The notes under the pieces: model-generated
What the model saw: only the letters and a program-made list of their open reading frames with translations
Database searches by the model: none
Told to the model about the DNA's origin: nothing
Translations under genes and position numbers: made by a program
Part shown: one piece after another, positions 50,984 through 60,162 of the stretch
How the letters are laid out: every line of letters starts with the position of its first letter
Numbering within the stretch: the stretch's first letter is position 1
Source of the DNA: Myxococcota bacterium
GTDB taxonomy: Bacteria > Myxococcota_A > UBA796 > SXON01
Reading direction: 5' to 3'
Length of the DNA stretch: 64,000 nucleotides
Assembly: GCA_040386535.1 (NCBI GenBank)
Contig: JAZKFH010000063.1
Location: forward strand, 40,645-104,644

Positions 50984-51640
50984 ATGGAACGCGCCCGACT
51001 CCTCGAGGCGTGCCGGTCGCTCCCGCTCTTTCCGCTGCCGGGAACCGTGCTCCTTCCGGGGTCCTTGCTGCCGCTGCACGTCTTCGAGCCGCGCTATCGC
51101 CAGCTCGTCGCCGACTGCCTGCGCGACAAGCGGCCGTTGTCCGTGTGCCAGGTGATGCCGGAAGACGCCGCGGACACCGCGGGCAGCCCCCGCATCCTCC
51201 CGTATGCCGGGGTCGGGATCATCGGGGCGCACCAGGAGCTACCCGACGGGCGCTACAACGTGCTCGTACAGCCGGTCGGACGCATTCGCATCCTGACGGA
51301 GGCCGTCTCCGGGTTGTTGTACCGGGTCGCCATCGCCGAGCTGTTGGACGACGCCGTGGTCGACCCCGCGGAGCTCGCCGCCGAGGGCGACCGCGTGCGC
51401 AGCCTGTTCACGCCGCTCGTCGGGCGCATGGGCCAGGTGGGGGAGGGCGTTGCCCGTGCGTTGCGCTCGTTGCCGCCCGAGCGGGTCCCCGAGGCCGTGG
51501 CGTCGGTGGTCCTCCGGACGGACGACACGCGCCAGCTCTTCCTTGCCGAGGACAACCCCCTCCGCCGCGCCGCGATGGTCGAAGAAGCTGTCCTCACCTT
51601 GCTCGCCGAGGTCAGCGGCGCTGTCGCCGCGGAGGCCTGA
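50984..51640 (+). CDS. Stand-alone LON peptidase N-terminal (substrate-binding) domain protein
   Basis: LPLFPL..VLLPG..LPLHVFEPRYRQLV...LPDGRYN. Confidence 0.9.
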   Translation: MERARLLEACRSLPLFPLPGTVLLPGSLLPLHVFEPRYRQLVADCLRDKRPLSVCQVMPEDAADTAGSPRILPYAGVGIIGAHQELPDGRYNVLVQPVGRIRILTEAVSGLLYRVAIAELLDDAVVDPAELAAEGDRVRSLFTPLVGRMGQVGEGVARALRSLPPERVPEAVASVVLRTDDTRQLFLAEDNPLRRAAMVEEAVLTLLAEVSGAVAAEA

Positions 51641-52174
51641 TCAGGCGAACTTGCCGCGGACGGTCGGGCCGGGAAGCGCGCCGATGGAGCGCGGCATCGA
51701 CGGATTGAAGAGGTCGTCGATGAGCACGCTGCCGGCCACGATCAGGATGAGCAGGCCGAAGCGGCCCGTCGCTTCGGGCGAATCCAGGTGTACGCGCGCC
51801 GCGGCCGAGTCGGGACGCCCTGACCAGTCCAACCGGGCCACCCGGGTTCCGTCCGTGGCGCGGATGATGAGGCCGGTGGTGCTGCGCTCGAAGTCGTAGC
51901 AAGGACCGCTCGCGACGCAGAACGTGCGGTGCCCGTGCCAATCGTGCTGGAGATGGGCGATTTCGGCGAGCTCCCCCATCGGGCGCACGACGATGCGCGG
52001 GCGGTGGAAACCCACACGTTGCAGGATGAACGCGTCGTTTCCCGCGGTCGCGACCCACCCCCGCTCCCCGGGCGAGATCTGCGCCTGGACCGAGACGCCG
52101 TCCTGCAGCTCCCAGCCACCCGAGGCGTCCAGGACCCATTCGAGCGAGGTCGTGCCGTTGGTGTGAGTGGACAT
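51641..52174 (-). CDS. Hypothetical protein
   Basis: Fills the gap between LON-N and ppk1; beta-rich with a C-terminal hydrophobic helix (LURP/tubby-like architecture, tentative). Confidence 0.55.
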   Translation of the reverse strand: MSTHTNGTTSLEWVLDASGGWELQDGVSVQAQISPGERGWVATAGNDAFILQRVGFHRPRIVVRPMGELAEIAHLQHDWHGHRTFCVASGPCYDFERSTTGLIIRATDGTRVARLDWSGRPDSAAARVHLDSPEATGRFGLLILIVAGSVLIDDLFNPSMPRSIGALPGPTVRGKFA

Positions 52175-52322
52175 GAAGAGAGTATGGACCCTGGCGGTTA
52201 CGGGGAAGCGGCGTGTTCGTGACGACTTCGTACCGGTGACTGTGACGATCGCGTGTCGGGGTGTCTGCGCTCCCCTCTGCGAATTATCTACTTCCGCCCT
52301 CCTAGACAACGCTGGAGCGTTC

Positions 52323-54422
52323 TTGGATTCCGAGCGAGTTCCGCGCACGTCCATTCTGGTGAACCGAGAGCTCTCGTGGCTCGCCTTCAACGCCCGCGTA
52401 CTCGAGGAGGCTCAGGATGAGTCCGTGCCCCTCCTGGAGCGGGTGCGGTTCCTGGCTATCTTCAGCTCGAACCTCGATGAGTTCTTCATGGTCCGGTACG
52501 CCGGCATCTGGAGGCAGATCGACGCCGGGGTGACCAAGCTCGGGCCCGACGGGCTCACGCCGCACAAGGTGCTCGAGGCCATCGCGGCCCGGACGCGTGA
52601 GCTCGTCGCCACCCAGCACAGCCTGCTCCGCGAGGCGCTGCTGCCCGCGCTCGCCGCGGAGGGCATCCGTCTGTTGCGCCAGCGGGACCTGTCGGAGGCG
52701 CAACGCGCGTTCCTCGACACGACGTTCCGCAGCCGAATCCTGCCCGTGCTCACGCCGATGGCCGTCGATCCCGCGCACCCGTTTCCGTGGCTGGCCAACC
52801 GCGCCTTGTGCCTGATGGTGCAGCTCGAGTCGCTCGAGGACGGGCCGATCCCCGCCGCCTCGCAGTGCATCATCCACATGCCGGCGGGTGGGCTCCCGCG
52901 CTTCATCCGGGTCCCCGCCGAGGAGGGAACGTTCGCGTTCGTCCTGATCGAAGACGTGATCCGGATGCACCTCGATCGGCTGTTCACCGGCTTTCGCGTG
53001 CTGTCGTGCCGCGCCATCCGCGTCACGCGGGACGCCGAGCTCGATTTCGAGCTCCAGGAGGAGGGCGCCGACGATCTGATCTCCTCCATCGAGGAGGCCG
53101 TCCGCAACCGCCGCATGGGCGCCGCCGTGCGCCTCCAGTACGAGCGCGGCCTCTCCCAGGCCCAGCTCGACCTGCTCGTGAGCGAGCTGGAGCTCGACCC
53201 CGCCGACCTGTACCCGGTCGACGGGATGACCGCGCTCACCGATCTTTCGCAGCTCGTGGCGCAGGTGGATCTCCCGCGGCTGAAGGACCCGATCTTCATG
53301 CCACAACCGGTGGCCGAGTTCGAGCGCGCCCGGGATCCCTTCGCCGCCATCCGGCAGGGCGACATCCTGGTGCACCACCCCTACCAGGACTTCGAGTACG
53401 TCCACCGCTTCATCCAGGCCGCCGCCGAGGACCCCGACGTCCTCGCGATCAAGATGACGCTGTACCGCGTCAGCGGAGACTCCCCGATCGCCAAGGCGCT
53501 CCTCGCCGCGGCGCGGAACGGCAAGGAGGTGGCGGTGCTCGTCGAGCTCCGCGCGCGGTTCTCCGAGGAGGCGAACATCGCGTGGGCCCGGCGGCTCGAG
53601 GCCACCGGCGCGCACGTGGTCTACGGCATCGTCGGCAAGAAGACGCACTGCAAGGCCGCGCTGGTGGTGCGCCGCGAGGGGGAGGCCCTGCGCCGCTACT
53701 GCCACCTCGCGACCGGCAACTACAACCACCAGACCGCCAAGGTCTACACGGACGTGAGCCTGTTCACCGCCCGAGAGACCTTCGGCGAGGACCTGACGCA
53801 CCTGTTCAACCTGCTCACCGGCTACGTGCGGACCCCCCCGCTGAACCACCTCGTCCTCGCGCCCGAGGGGCTCCGGAAGTTCCTGGTCGCGCGCATCCGT
53901 CGCGAGGCGGATCACGCTCGGGCGGGTCGGCCCGCGCGCCTGCGCGCCAAGCTCAACGCGCTCGCGGACACCGAGCTCATCCATGAGCTCTACGACGCGA
54001 GCCGGGCGGGCGTCACCATCGATCTCGTCGTCCGCGGCATCTGCTGCCTCCGTCCCGGCGTGCCCGGCCTCTCGGAGAACATCCGCGTCATCAGCATCGT
54101 GGACCGTTTCCTCGAGCACGCCCGCATCCTCTGCTTCGAGAACGGCGGCGATCCCGAGTACTTCCTCTCCAGCGCCGACTGGATGGGCCGCAACCTCGAC
54201 GGGCGGGTGGAGACCACGTTCCCCGTGCTCGAGCCCGCCCTGCGCAAGAAGCTCGAGGAGATTCTCCACGTGCAGCTCGCCGACAACGCGAAGGCGCGGG
54301 TGCTCACCTCCGACGGGCAACACATGCGCCGCGCGCCCGAGGCCGACCGGGTGCGCGCGCAGGAGCGCCTCATCGTGTCCGCCTACGCGCTCGCCGTGAC
54401 CAACCGGGACGTGGACAACTAG
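52323..54422 (+). CDS. ppk1: Polyphosphate kinase 1
   Basis: NRELSWLAFN.RVL, SNLDEFFMVR, HPFP, HHPY, KMTLYR, ELRARF.E, KTHCK, TGNYN, FLEH.R, SADWM.RN; TTG start after GGAG. Confidence 0.96.
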   Translation: MDSERVPRTSILVNRELSWLAFNARVLEEAQDESVPLLERVRFLAIFSSNLDEFFMVRYAGIWRQIDAGVTKLGPDGLTPHKVLEAIAARTRELVATQHSLLREALLPALAAEGIRLLRQRDLSEAQRAFLDTTFRSRILPVLTPMAVDPAHPFPWLANRALCLMVQLESLEDGPIPAASQCIIHMPAGGLPRFIRVPAEEGTFAFVLIEDVIRMHLDRLFTGFRVLSCRAIRVTRDAELDFELQEEGADDLISSIEEAVRNRRMGAAVRLQYERGLSQAQLDLLVSELELDPADLYPVDGMTALTDLSQLVAQVDLPRLKDPIFMPQPVAEFERARDPFAAIRQGDILVHHPYQDFEYVHRFIQAAAEDPDVLAIKMTLYRVSGDSPIAKALLAAARNGKEVAVLVELRARFSEEANIAWARRLEATGAHVVYGIVGKKTHCKAALVVRREGEALRRYCHLATGNYNHQTAKVYTDVSLFTARETFGEDLTHLFNLLTGYVRTPPLNHLVLAPEGLRKFLVARIRREADHARAGRPARLRAKLNALADTELIHELYDASRAGVTIDLVVRGICCLRPGVPGLSENIRVISIVDRFLEHARILCFENGGDPEYFLSSADWMGRNLDGRVETTFPVLEPALRKKLEEILHVQLADNAKARVLTSDGQHMRRAPEADRVRAQERLIVSAYALAVTNRDVDN

Positions 54423-55858
54423 CGCGCGGGGGGCGCGCCGTACGGGCCGATCACGAGCGGACGCCCGAAGACCCGGGCGAAACGCTCGCTGATCTCGGCC
54501 TGCACGCGCGCGTCGAGGCCCACGCGGACCGCGTCGGTGTCGACGGCACAGGTGAGCGGGCGGCCGTGCGCGGCGGCGACGAGGTCGAGCAGCACGGCGA
54601 GGCGCGCGCGGATGCCGAGATCGATGCGGAGGCGCGGCACGGGCGACACCAGGTCGGCCACGGCCAGCACCTCGCGCTGGAAGAACCCCTGGATGGGGCG
54701 CTCGAGCAGCGCGGAGAGGGGGCCGGGGACCGGCGAGCGGCGCTCCCACAAGGCACGCAGGCGCGCGGCCACCGCGAAGGTGTCCCGCAGCGTCGGGTCG
54801 AGCCCGAGCGGCGTTGCGAGCGCGTCGAACAGGGCCTCCGCGGAGGTGCGGGCCCGGCTCGCCCAGGCGAGATCCTCGGGTGTCCCGCCGAAGCGGCCAC
54901 GGAGGCCGGCCTCGCGGATGTCGGCCACGCGGGCCTCGGGGCCGAGCAGGTGCATCAGCGCGGCGCCCTCACGCACGCCTGAGGAGGAGACCTCCATCCC
55001 GTCGAACCCACCGGTGCGGAGCAGCTGCTTCACCACGAGGGCACCGGCGATCACGAGGTCCACGCGGTGGGCGGGCAGGCCCGGGATGTCGCGGCGGCGC
55101 GCGGCGTCGGCGCGGCTGACGAGCTCCCAGGAGGACTCGATATCGTCGGAGGTGAGGCGGTAGCCGTGCCCGTGCGGGATCGGCCACTCCGCCGCGCGGC
55201 GCGACATCTTCGCGAGCGTGCGGATGGTCCCACCCACGCCGACCACGTGCCCACCCGCGTTCTTGAGCCAGGGGAGCGTCTCGAGCGTGCGCTGCACGTG
55301 GCGGCGCAACACGTTGACCGTGGGGCCGTCCGGCGGGTCGGTTCGGACGAACTGGTCGGTCATGCGCAGCGCGCCGAGGGGCAGGCTCGCGACGCGGGTT
55401 GCCCGACGGTTCTCGACTTCCGTGATCTGCAGGCTCCCGCCGCCGAGATCGACCACGAAGCCGTCGATGAGGGGGAGGGTGTTGACCACGCCGACCACGG
55501 CGGTGCGCGCCTCGTCGGCGCCGTCGAGCACACGCAGGGTGAGGCCGAGCTCAGCCTTCACGCGCGCCACGAGCTCGCTGCTGTTGGGCGCGTCGCGCAC
55601 GGCGCTGGTCGAGATGAGCTCGATGGCGTCGGACTCGAGCGTGGTGGCCTGGTGGACGAAGTCCCGCAAGAGCTGCATCGTGGCGGCGATCGCGGCCGCC
55701 GGCAGGTGCCCGTCCGGACCGAGGCGGCGCAACAATTGGAGCGGCTGATCCCGCTCGGCGACGCACGAGATGGAGCCACCCGGCTCCACGACGAAGATGG
55801 CGAGGTTCGCGGTGTTCGACCCGATGTCGACGACGGCGATGCGCTTCTCGCCGCTCAA
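54419..55858 (-). CDS. ppx: Exopolyphosphatase / pppGpp phosphohydrolase (Ppx/GppA)
   Basis: VDIGSNT, TSAVRDAPN, DLGGGS, GVGGTIR, GVREG; degenerate C-terminal domain; TTG start after GGAGG. Confidence 0.9.
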   Translation of the reverse strand: MSGEKRIAVVDIGSNTANLAIFVVEPGGSISCVAERDQPLQLLRRLGPDGHLPAAAIAATMQLLRDFVHQATTLESDAIELISTSAVRDAPNSSELVARVKAELGLTLRVLDGADEARTAVVGVVNTLPLIDGFVVDLGGGSLQITEVENRRATRVASLPLGALRMTDQFVRTDPPDGPTVNVLRRHVQRTLETLPWLKNAGGHVVGVGGTIRTLAKMSRRAAEWPIPHGHGYRLTSDDIESSWELVSRADAARRRDIPGLPAHRVDLVIAGALVVKQLLRTGGFDGMEVSSSGVREGAALMHLLGPEARVADIREAGLRGRFGGTPEDLAWASRARTSAEALFDALATPLGLDPTLRDTFAVAARLRALWERRSPVPGPLSALLERPIQGFFQREVLAVADLVSPVPRLRIDLGIRARLAVLLDLVAAAHGRPLTCAVDTDAVRVGLDARVQAEISERFARVFGRPLVIGPYGAPPAR

Positions 55859-56013
55859 GCCAGCTCCTCCAGGGTGCCCACTCGTCTCTCCTTAGGCACG
55901 CAGGCCTTCTCCGCAGTGACACGGTCCCCGACGATCGGCGTCGACGGCTCCGCTCGGGCCCCTATCGCCTCGCGCCGCCCGCTGCCCGGTCGGAGCCGCG
56001 CACCGGGCGAACT

Positions 56014-57033
56014 CTACGAGGAGAGCCGCGCCAGCGCCCACTCGGCGTGTTCGGCGAGCATCGCGTCGTCGCCGTCCCGCACCCGCGAGAGGACGGCGCG
56101 CGCGCGCGGATCGCCGATGTTGCCCAGCACCACGCACGCGCTGCGGCGGATCCGGCGCGGGGCGGCCCGGCGGAGCGGCGACCCCTCGAACGTGTCGACC
56201 AGGGCGGTGTCCGTGGCCTCGAGGATCGCGGGGAGGGGCAACCAGGCGCGGCGGGGCGCGAAGTCCTCCGGCACCGGGCCCTTGCCCGGGTGCTGGTGTG
56301 GGCACACGGTCTGGCAATCGTCGCAGCCGAACACCCAGCGCCCCATCTGTGGGCGGAGCGCCTCGGGAATCGGGCCGTCGTGCTCGATGGTGAGGTAGGA
56401 GATGCACCGCGCGGCGTCCATCCCGCCGCCCTCGAGCAGCGCCGCCGTCGGGCACGCGTCGAGGCAGCGTCGGCAGCGGCCACACCGCTCGGTCACCGGC
56501 GCGTCGGGCTCGAGCGCCTCGGAGAGGAGGATCGTGGCGAGGAAGAAGTAGCTGCCCTCGCCGGGCACGATGGCGAGCCCGTTCTTTCCGTTGAAGCCGA
56601 GCCCGGCGGCCTCGGCCCACCCGCGCTCCCAGGCCGGCGCGGAGTCGACGGCGCCCCAGGTCTGCAGGCCGGGGTGGGCGGCTTCGAGCGCGCGCCGGAG
56701 GTGGCGGACGCGGAGCCCGATGAGCGCGTGGTAGTCGCGGCCCCACGCGTAGCTGGCGACCCGCCCGGTGAGGCCACCCGGATCGGGCGGCGCGCGCTGC
56801 GCGTAGTCCATCGCCAGGACCACGACGCTACGGGCCTCGGGGAGCATCTGGCGGGCGTCGGAGCGCTTGTCGCGGCTCGCCTCGAGCCACTTCATCTCCG
56901 CGTGGTGGCCGGCCGCGAGGAAGGCGTCGTACCGGTCGAAGTTGGGGGGCGGCCCCGCCAGCGCCACGCGCACGCGCCCGAAGCCGAGGCGGGCAGCGGC
57001 GGCGAGGAGCGTGATGCGTAGATCGGTCGGCAT
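56014..57033 (-). CDS. queG: tRNA epoxyqueuosine(34) reductase
   Basis: YAWGRDYH, VDSAP..ER, GKN, CGRCRRCLDACPT, CISYLTIE, FGCDDCQTVCP. Confidence 0.95.
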   Translation of the reverse strand: MPTDLRITLLAAAARLGFGRVRVALAGPPPNFDRYDAFLAAGHHAEMKWLEASRDKRSDARQMLPEARSVVVLAMDYAQRAPPDPGGLTGRVASYAWGRDYHALIGLRVRHLRRALEAAHPGLQTWGAVDSAPAWERGWAEAAGLGFNGKNGLAIVPGEGSYFFLATILLSEALEPDAPVTERCGRCRRCLDACPTAALLEGGGMDAARCISYLTIEHDGPIPEALRPQMGRWVFGCDDCQTVCPHQHPGKGPVPEDFAPRRAWLPLPAILEATDTALVDTFEGSPLRRAAPRRIRRSACVVLGNIGDPRARAVLSRVRDGDDAMLAEHAEWALARLSS

Positions 57034-57119
57034 GTCGGGGCCGCCACTATCCACGGCCTCCCACCGGGCAAGCCTCGTGGGGAGCGCGCGGACGGATCGT
57101 CTCGGGATAGGAGCCGCGC

Positions 57120-57641
57120 ATGAGCGTCTCCCCCTCCTCGGTCTCCGCGCCCGCCCTCACCGAGGGCCAGGCGCGCATGCAGCGCAGCATCACGCACCCG
57201 ATCCTGTTCCGCGGTTGGTTGCTGGCGAAGCTCCCGGCGGCGCTGTTCACCGGCGTGGGCCTCCGCGAGCTCACGCTGGCGCGCTGCGTCACCACCGTGC
57301 CCTACGGCTGGCGCAGCCAGAACCCCTTCAAGTCGACCTACTTCGCGGCGCTCGCGATGGCGGCGGAGCTCTCGACGGGCGCGCTCGTCCTCTTCAGCAC
57401 CGCGAGCACGCCCTGCTCCACGCTGATCGTCGGCATGACCGCCACCTTCGGGAAGAAGGCCACGGGTACGACAACGTTCGTGTGCACCGGGGGCGAGGTC
57501 GTGGCCGCGGCCGTACGCGAAGCGGTGGCGACGGGCGAGCCGCGCGTGTTCACGCTCGAGACGGTCGGCACCCTGGCCGATGGGGCCGAGGTCAGCCGCT
57601 TCACCTTCACGTGGTCGGTGAAGCCGCGGTCGAAGGCCTGA
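57120..57641 (+). CDS. Hot-dog-fold thioesterase-like protein (DUF4442-like)
   Basis: KLPAA...G, QNPFKSTYFAA..MAAELSTG, F.KKATG...F.C. Confidence 0.8.
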   Translation: MSVSPSSVSAPALTEGQARMQRSITHPILFRGWLLAKLPAALFTGVGLRELTLARCVTTVPYGWRSQNPFKSTYFAALAMAAELSTGALVLFSTASTPCSTLIVGMTATFGKKATGTTTFVCTGGEVVAAAVREAVATGEPRVFTLETVGTLADGAEVSRFTFTWSVKPRSKA

Positions 57642-57657
57642 CCGCGCGCTTCCTCGC

Positions 57658-58509
57658 TCACGCGCGCGTCGCGACGAGCGCCGCGGTGGCCGGGTAGATC
57701 CGCCGCCCGTCGCGGATGTAGCGCCGCGCGAGCTCGGCGGGGTCCGCCACGTCCACGGCGGTCCACCCGTGCTCCGCCAGGAAGGACGGCACCTCGGCGG
57801 GGTGCAGCCCGAACGTGACGGGCTCGCCGAGCAGCGAGAGCCCGCTCGCCGCGGCCCGGTGGAACGTGGCGGTGAAGCCCGGAGCGTCGAGGAGGAACCA
57901 CACGTCCATCGCGAGGACGGAGCTCGCGCCGCCGAGCGCGTGGAGCGCCTCCAGCGTCGCGACGACCGCCGCGCGCCGGAGGTACATCGACACGCCCTCC
58001 CAGACGAAAAACGTCGGGCGGCCCGGGACGAAGCCCGCCTTCGCCAGCACCGCGTCGAGCGCGTCCACCTGGAAATCGATGGGGACGCGCCGCACGTCGA
58101 CCGCGGGGAGTTCCCGCCCCCGGAGGAGCCGCTCCTTGCGCGCCTGGGTGGCCGGAAAGTCGACCTCGAACACGGGGCGCCCCCCCAACACGTCGGCGAA
58201 CCGCCAGGCCCGTGCGTCGTAACCGGCGCCGAGCACGACCACCTGCTCGATCCGATCATCGCTGCGCCGAAGGGCCGTCAGCAGCGCGTCGTCGATCAGC
58301 CGGTGGCGGCACACGATGTAGGTCGCGAGCCCCGGGAGCACGACGGCGCGTGCCAGGGGCCCGAGCGCGAGCGCCATGCGGGGGAGGGGCCCGAGGAACA
58401 ACGCGGCGTACGGATCGTCGAGGATGCGTGCGGCGGCCGGCCGGGCCCGCTCGGCGGCGCGCATGTAGCAGACGGCCTCGGCGGTCTGCGAAGGGCGGGA
58501 GGGGACCAT
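57658..58509 (-). CDS. SAM-dependent methyltransferase (leucine carboxyl methyltransferase-like family)
   Basis: TA.....RA.E, DPYA, R...IDD, QVVVLGAGYDARA.R, FEVD.P, WEGVSMYL. Confidence 0.9.
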   Translation of the reverse strand: MVPSRPSQTAEAVCYMRAAERARPAAARILDDPYAALFLGPLPRMALALGPLARAVVLPGLATYIVCRHRLIDDALLTALRRSDDRIEQVVVLGAGYDARAWRFADVLGGRPVFEVDFPATQARKERLLRGRELPAVDVRRVPIDFQVDALDAVLAKAGFVPGRPTFFVWEGVSMYLRRAAVVATLEALHALGGASSVLAMDVWFLLDAPGFTATFHRAAASGLSLLGEPVTFGLHPAEVPSFLAEHGWTAVDVADPAELARRYIRDGRRIYPATAALVATRA

Positions 58510-58518
58510 CCTCGGACC

Positions 58519-60162
58519 CTATCCCTCCACGAGCTTCTCCAACGGCGGCAGCTCCACGGGCGGCAACCCGCGCCGCTTCAACAATGCGTCCCCGAACAAG
58601 GCGCGCGCCACCAGCCCGGTGACACGTGTCACCAACACCCAGACGGGTGCGAACAGCAGGCCCGCGCGGACGAGCGCCACACAGGTGACCGTGGCGATCC
58701 AGCCCGCCACCACGAAGCCCCGGTACGGCCACCACAACGAGAAGCGGGCGAGCTCCGGGAAGCGGTCGTGGAGACGCCACAGGCGGCCGAAGGGAGGCAA
58801 CAACGTGGCGAAGTCGTACCCGAGCCGATGGGCGACGGCGTACACTTCCAGGGACATCCATGGCACGGCGCCCATCCCGCGGAGGATGTTGGGATTCAAC
58901 AGCAACCGCAGGCTCGCCCCACGCCCCTCCTTGCCGTAGCGCCGCGCCAGATCGCGCACCACGATCCAATTCAGCGCGAGGTGGGCGGCCTCGTCCGTAC
59001 ACACGCGGTCGACGAACACGTCGAAGGCGGGCGAGCGGAGGGCGGGGTGCGCCTTGAGGAACGGGATGGTGCCGGCGTCGAGGAACGTCTCGAACACGGG
59101 GGTGGAGACGGCGACCAGCGCGGCGTCGACATCGGGGCGCAGCTCGTCGAACTGGTCGAGGACCATCGAGTTGCCGAGCCCGGGGGCCTGGAGGGGCGCG
59201 CCCGAACGCGCGAGGAGGAGGCGCAGGCCGTCGGCGTGGCGCCGCTCCTCGATCGCGAACAGGTCGTACAACTCCCGGAGCGCGGGGGTGTCACTCGCGT
59301 CGCGCAGGAGCTCGAAGTTCAGGCGCGCGATCTCCTCGACGTAGATGACCTCGTTCAGCAGGCGCGCGAGCAGCGGGGGGAGCGGCGGGAGGGTGTCGGG
59401 CCACGGCACGTCCTGCAGGGCCCACTGGTGCGCGCGGACGCGGGCCAGGAGCGCCTCGACGGGGCGGGGATCCTCGAGCGCGAGCCGCCCGTCGGCCCCG
59501 ACGGGATCGCCCGCCATGGCGCGCCGCGCGAGCAGGAACGCGCCCACGCCGAGCGCCCACCCGGCGGGCACGTCGACGACGTAGTGTTGTTTGGTCGTGA
59601 GTGTGCCGACCGACACCGCGACGGCCCAAAGGATTGGGAGCGCCGCCGCCTTGGGGAACCGGCCCCCGCGCAGCCATCCCGCCCAATTGAGCGCGAGGCC
59701 CCACGCCAGTGCCACGTGAAGGGATGGCAGGCAGTTGGTGGGCGAGTCGGTGTCACGAAGATCGGCGAGCTCCGCCAACGACGCGCCGGTGCCCAGGGGG
59801 AGTGGGTACAGGTCGCGTGGATAGGTCGTGGGCCAGAAGATGAAGACCAGGCCCGCGGTCGCCGCGCAGATCGCCAGGGTCCAGAACAGCCGGCGCCCCG
59901 CCCGCGCGTCGGGCACCATCATCCACCCGAGGAAGGCCGCCTTGGTGCCCGATCCGTAGATCCACACGGTCCACGGGAGAAAGGGGATCGCGAGGTCGAG
60001 CGTCGTGAGCGGGAGCACGGTGTGCGGCCCCGCGAGCTTGGAGATGCCGTAGAAGTACAGCACCACCGCGCCCGAGAGCGCGAACCCAGCGAGGCGCTTG
60101 AGGTAGTCGTACGGGGCGCGTCGGAGCCCGAGCGCGTCCGCGAGCGTGCCCAGGCGGCTCAT
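58519..60162 (-). CDS. Fusion of a PAP2-like (AUR1/YnbD-type) membrane domain and a ferritin-like diiron domain
   Basis: N-terminal LDLAIPFLPW..WIY, PT..PR, D.PTNCLPSLHV, TKQHYVVD; C-terminal VEE...EERRH...ETFLD...DEAAH; one continuous ORF. Confidence 0.82.
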   Translation of the reverse strand: MSRLGTLADALGLRRAPYDYLKRLAGFALSGAVVLYFYGISKLAGPHTVLPLTTLDLAIPFLPWTVWIYGSGTKAAFLGWMMVPDARAGRRLFWTLAICAATAGLVFIFWPTTYPRDLYPLPLGTGASLAELADLRDTDSPTNCLPSLHVALAWGLALNWAGWLRGGRFPKAAALPILWAVAVSVGTLTTKQHYVVDVPAGWALGVGAFLLARRAMAGDPVGADGRLALEDPRPVEALLARVRAHQWALQDVPWPDTLPPLPPLLARLLNEVIYVEEIARLNFELLRDASDTPALRELYDLFAIEERRHADGLRLLLARSGAPLQAPGLGNSMVLDQFDELRPDVDAALVAVSTPVFETFLDAGTIPFLKAHPALRSPAFDVFVDRVCTDEAAHLALNWIVVRDLARRYGKEGRGASLRLLLNPNILRGMGAVPWMSLEVYAVAHRLGYDFATLLPPFGRLWRLHDRFPELARFSLWWPYRGFVVAGWIATVTCVALVRAGLLFAPVWVLVTRVTGLVARALFGDALLKRRGLPPVELPPLEKLVEG

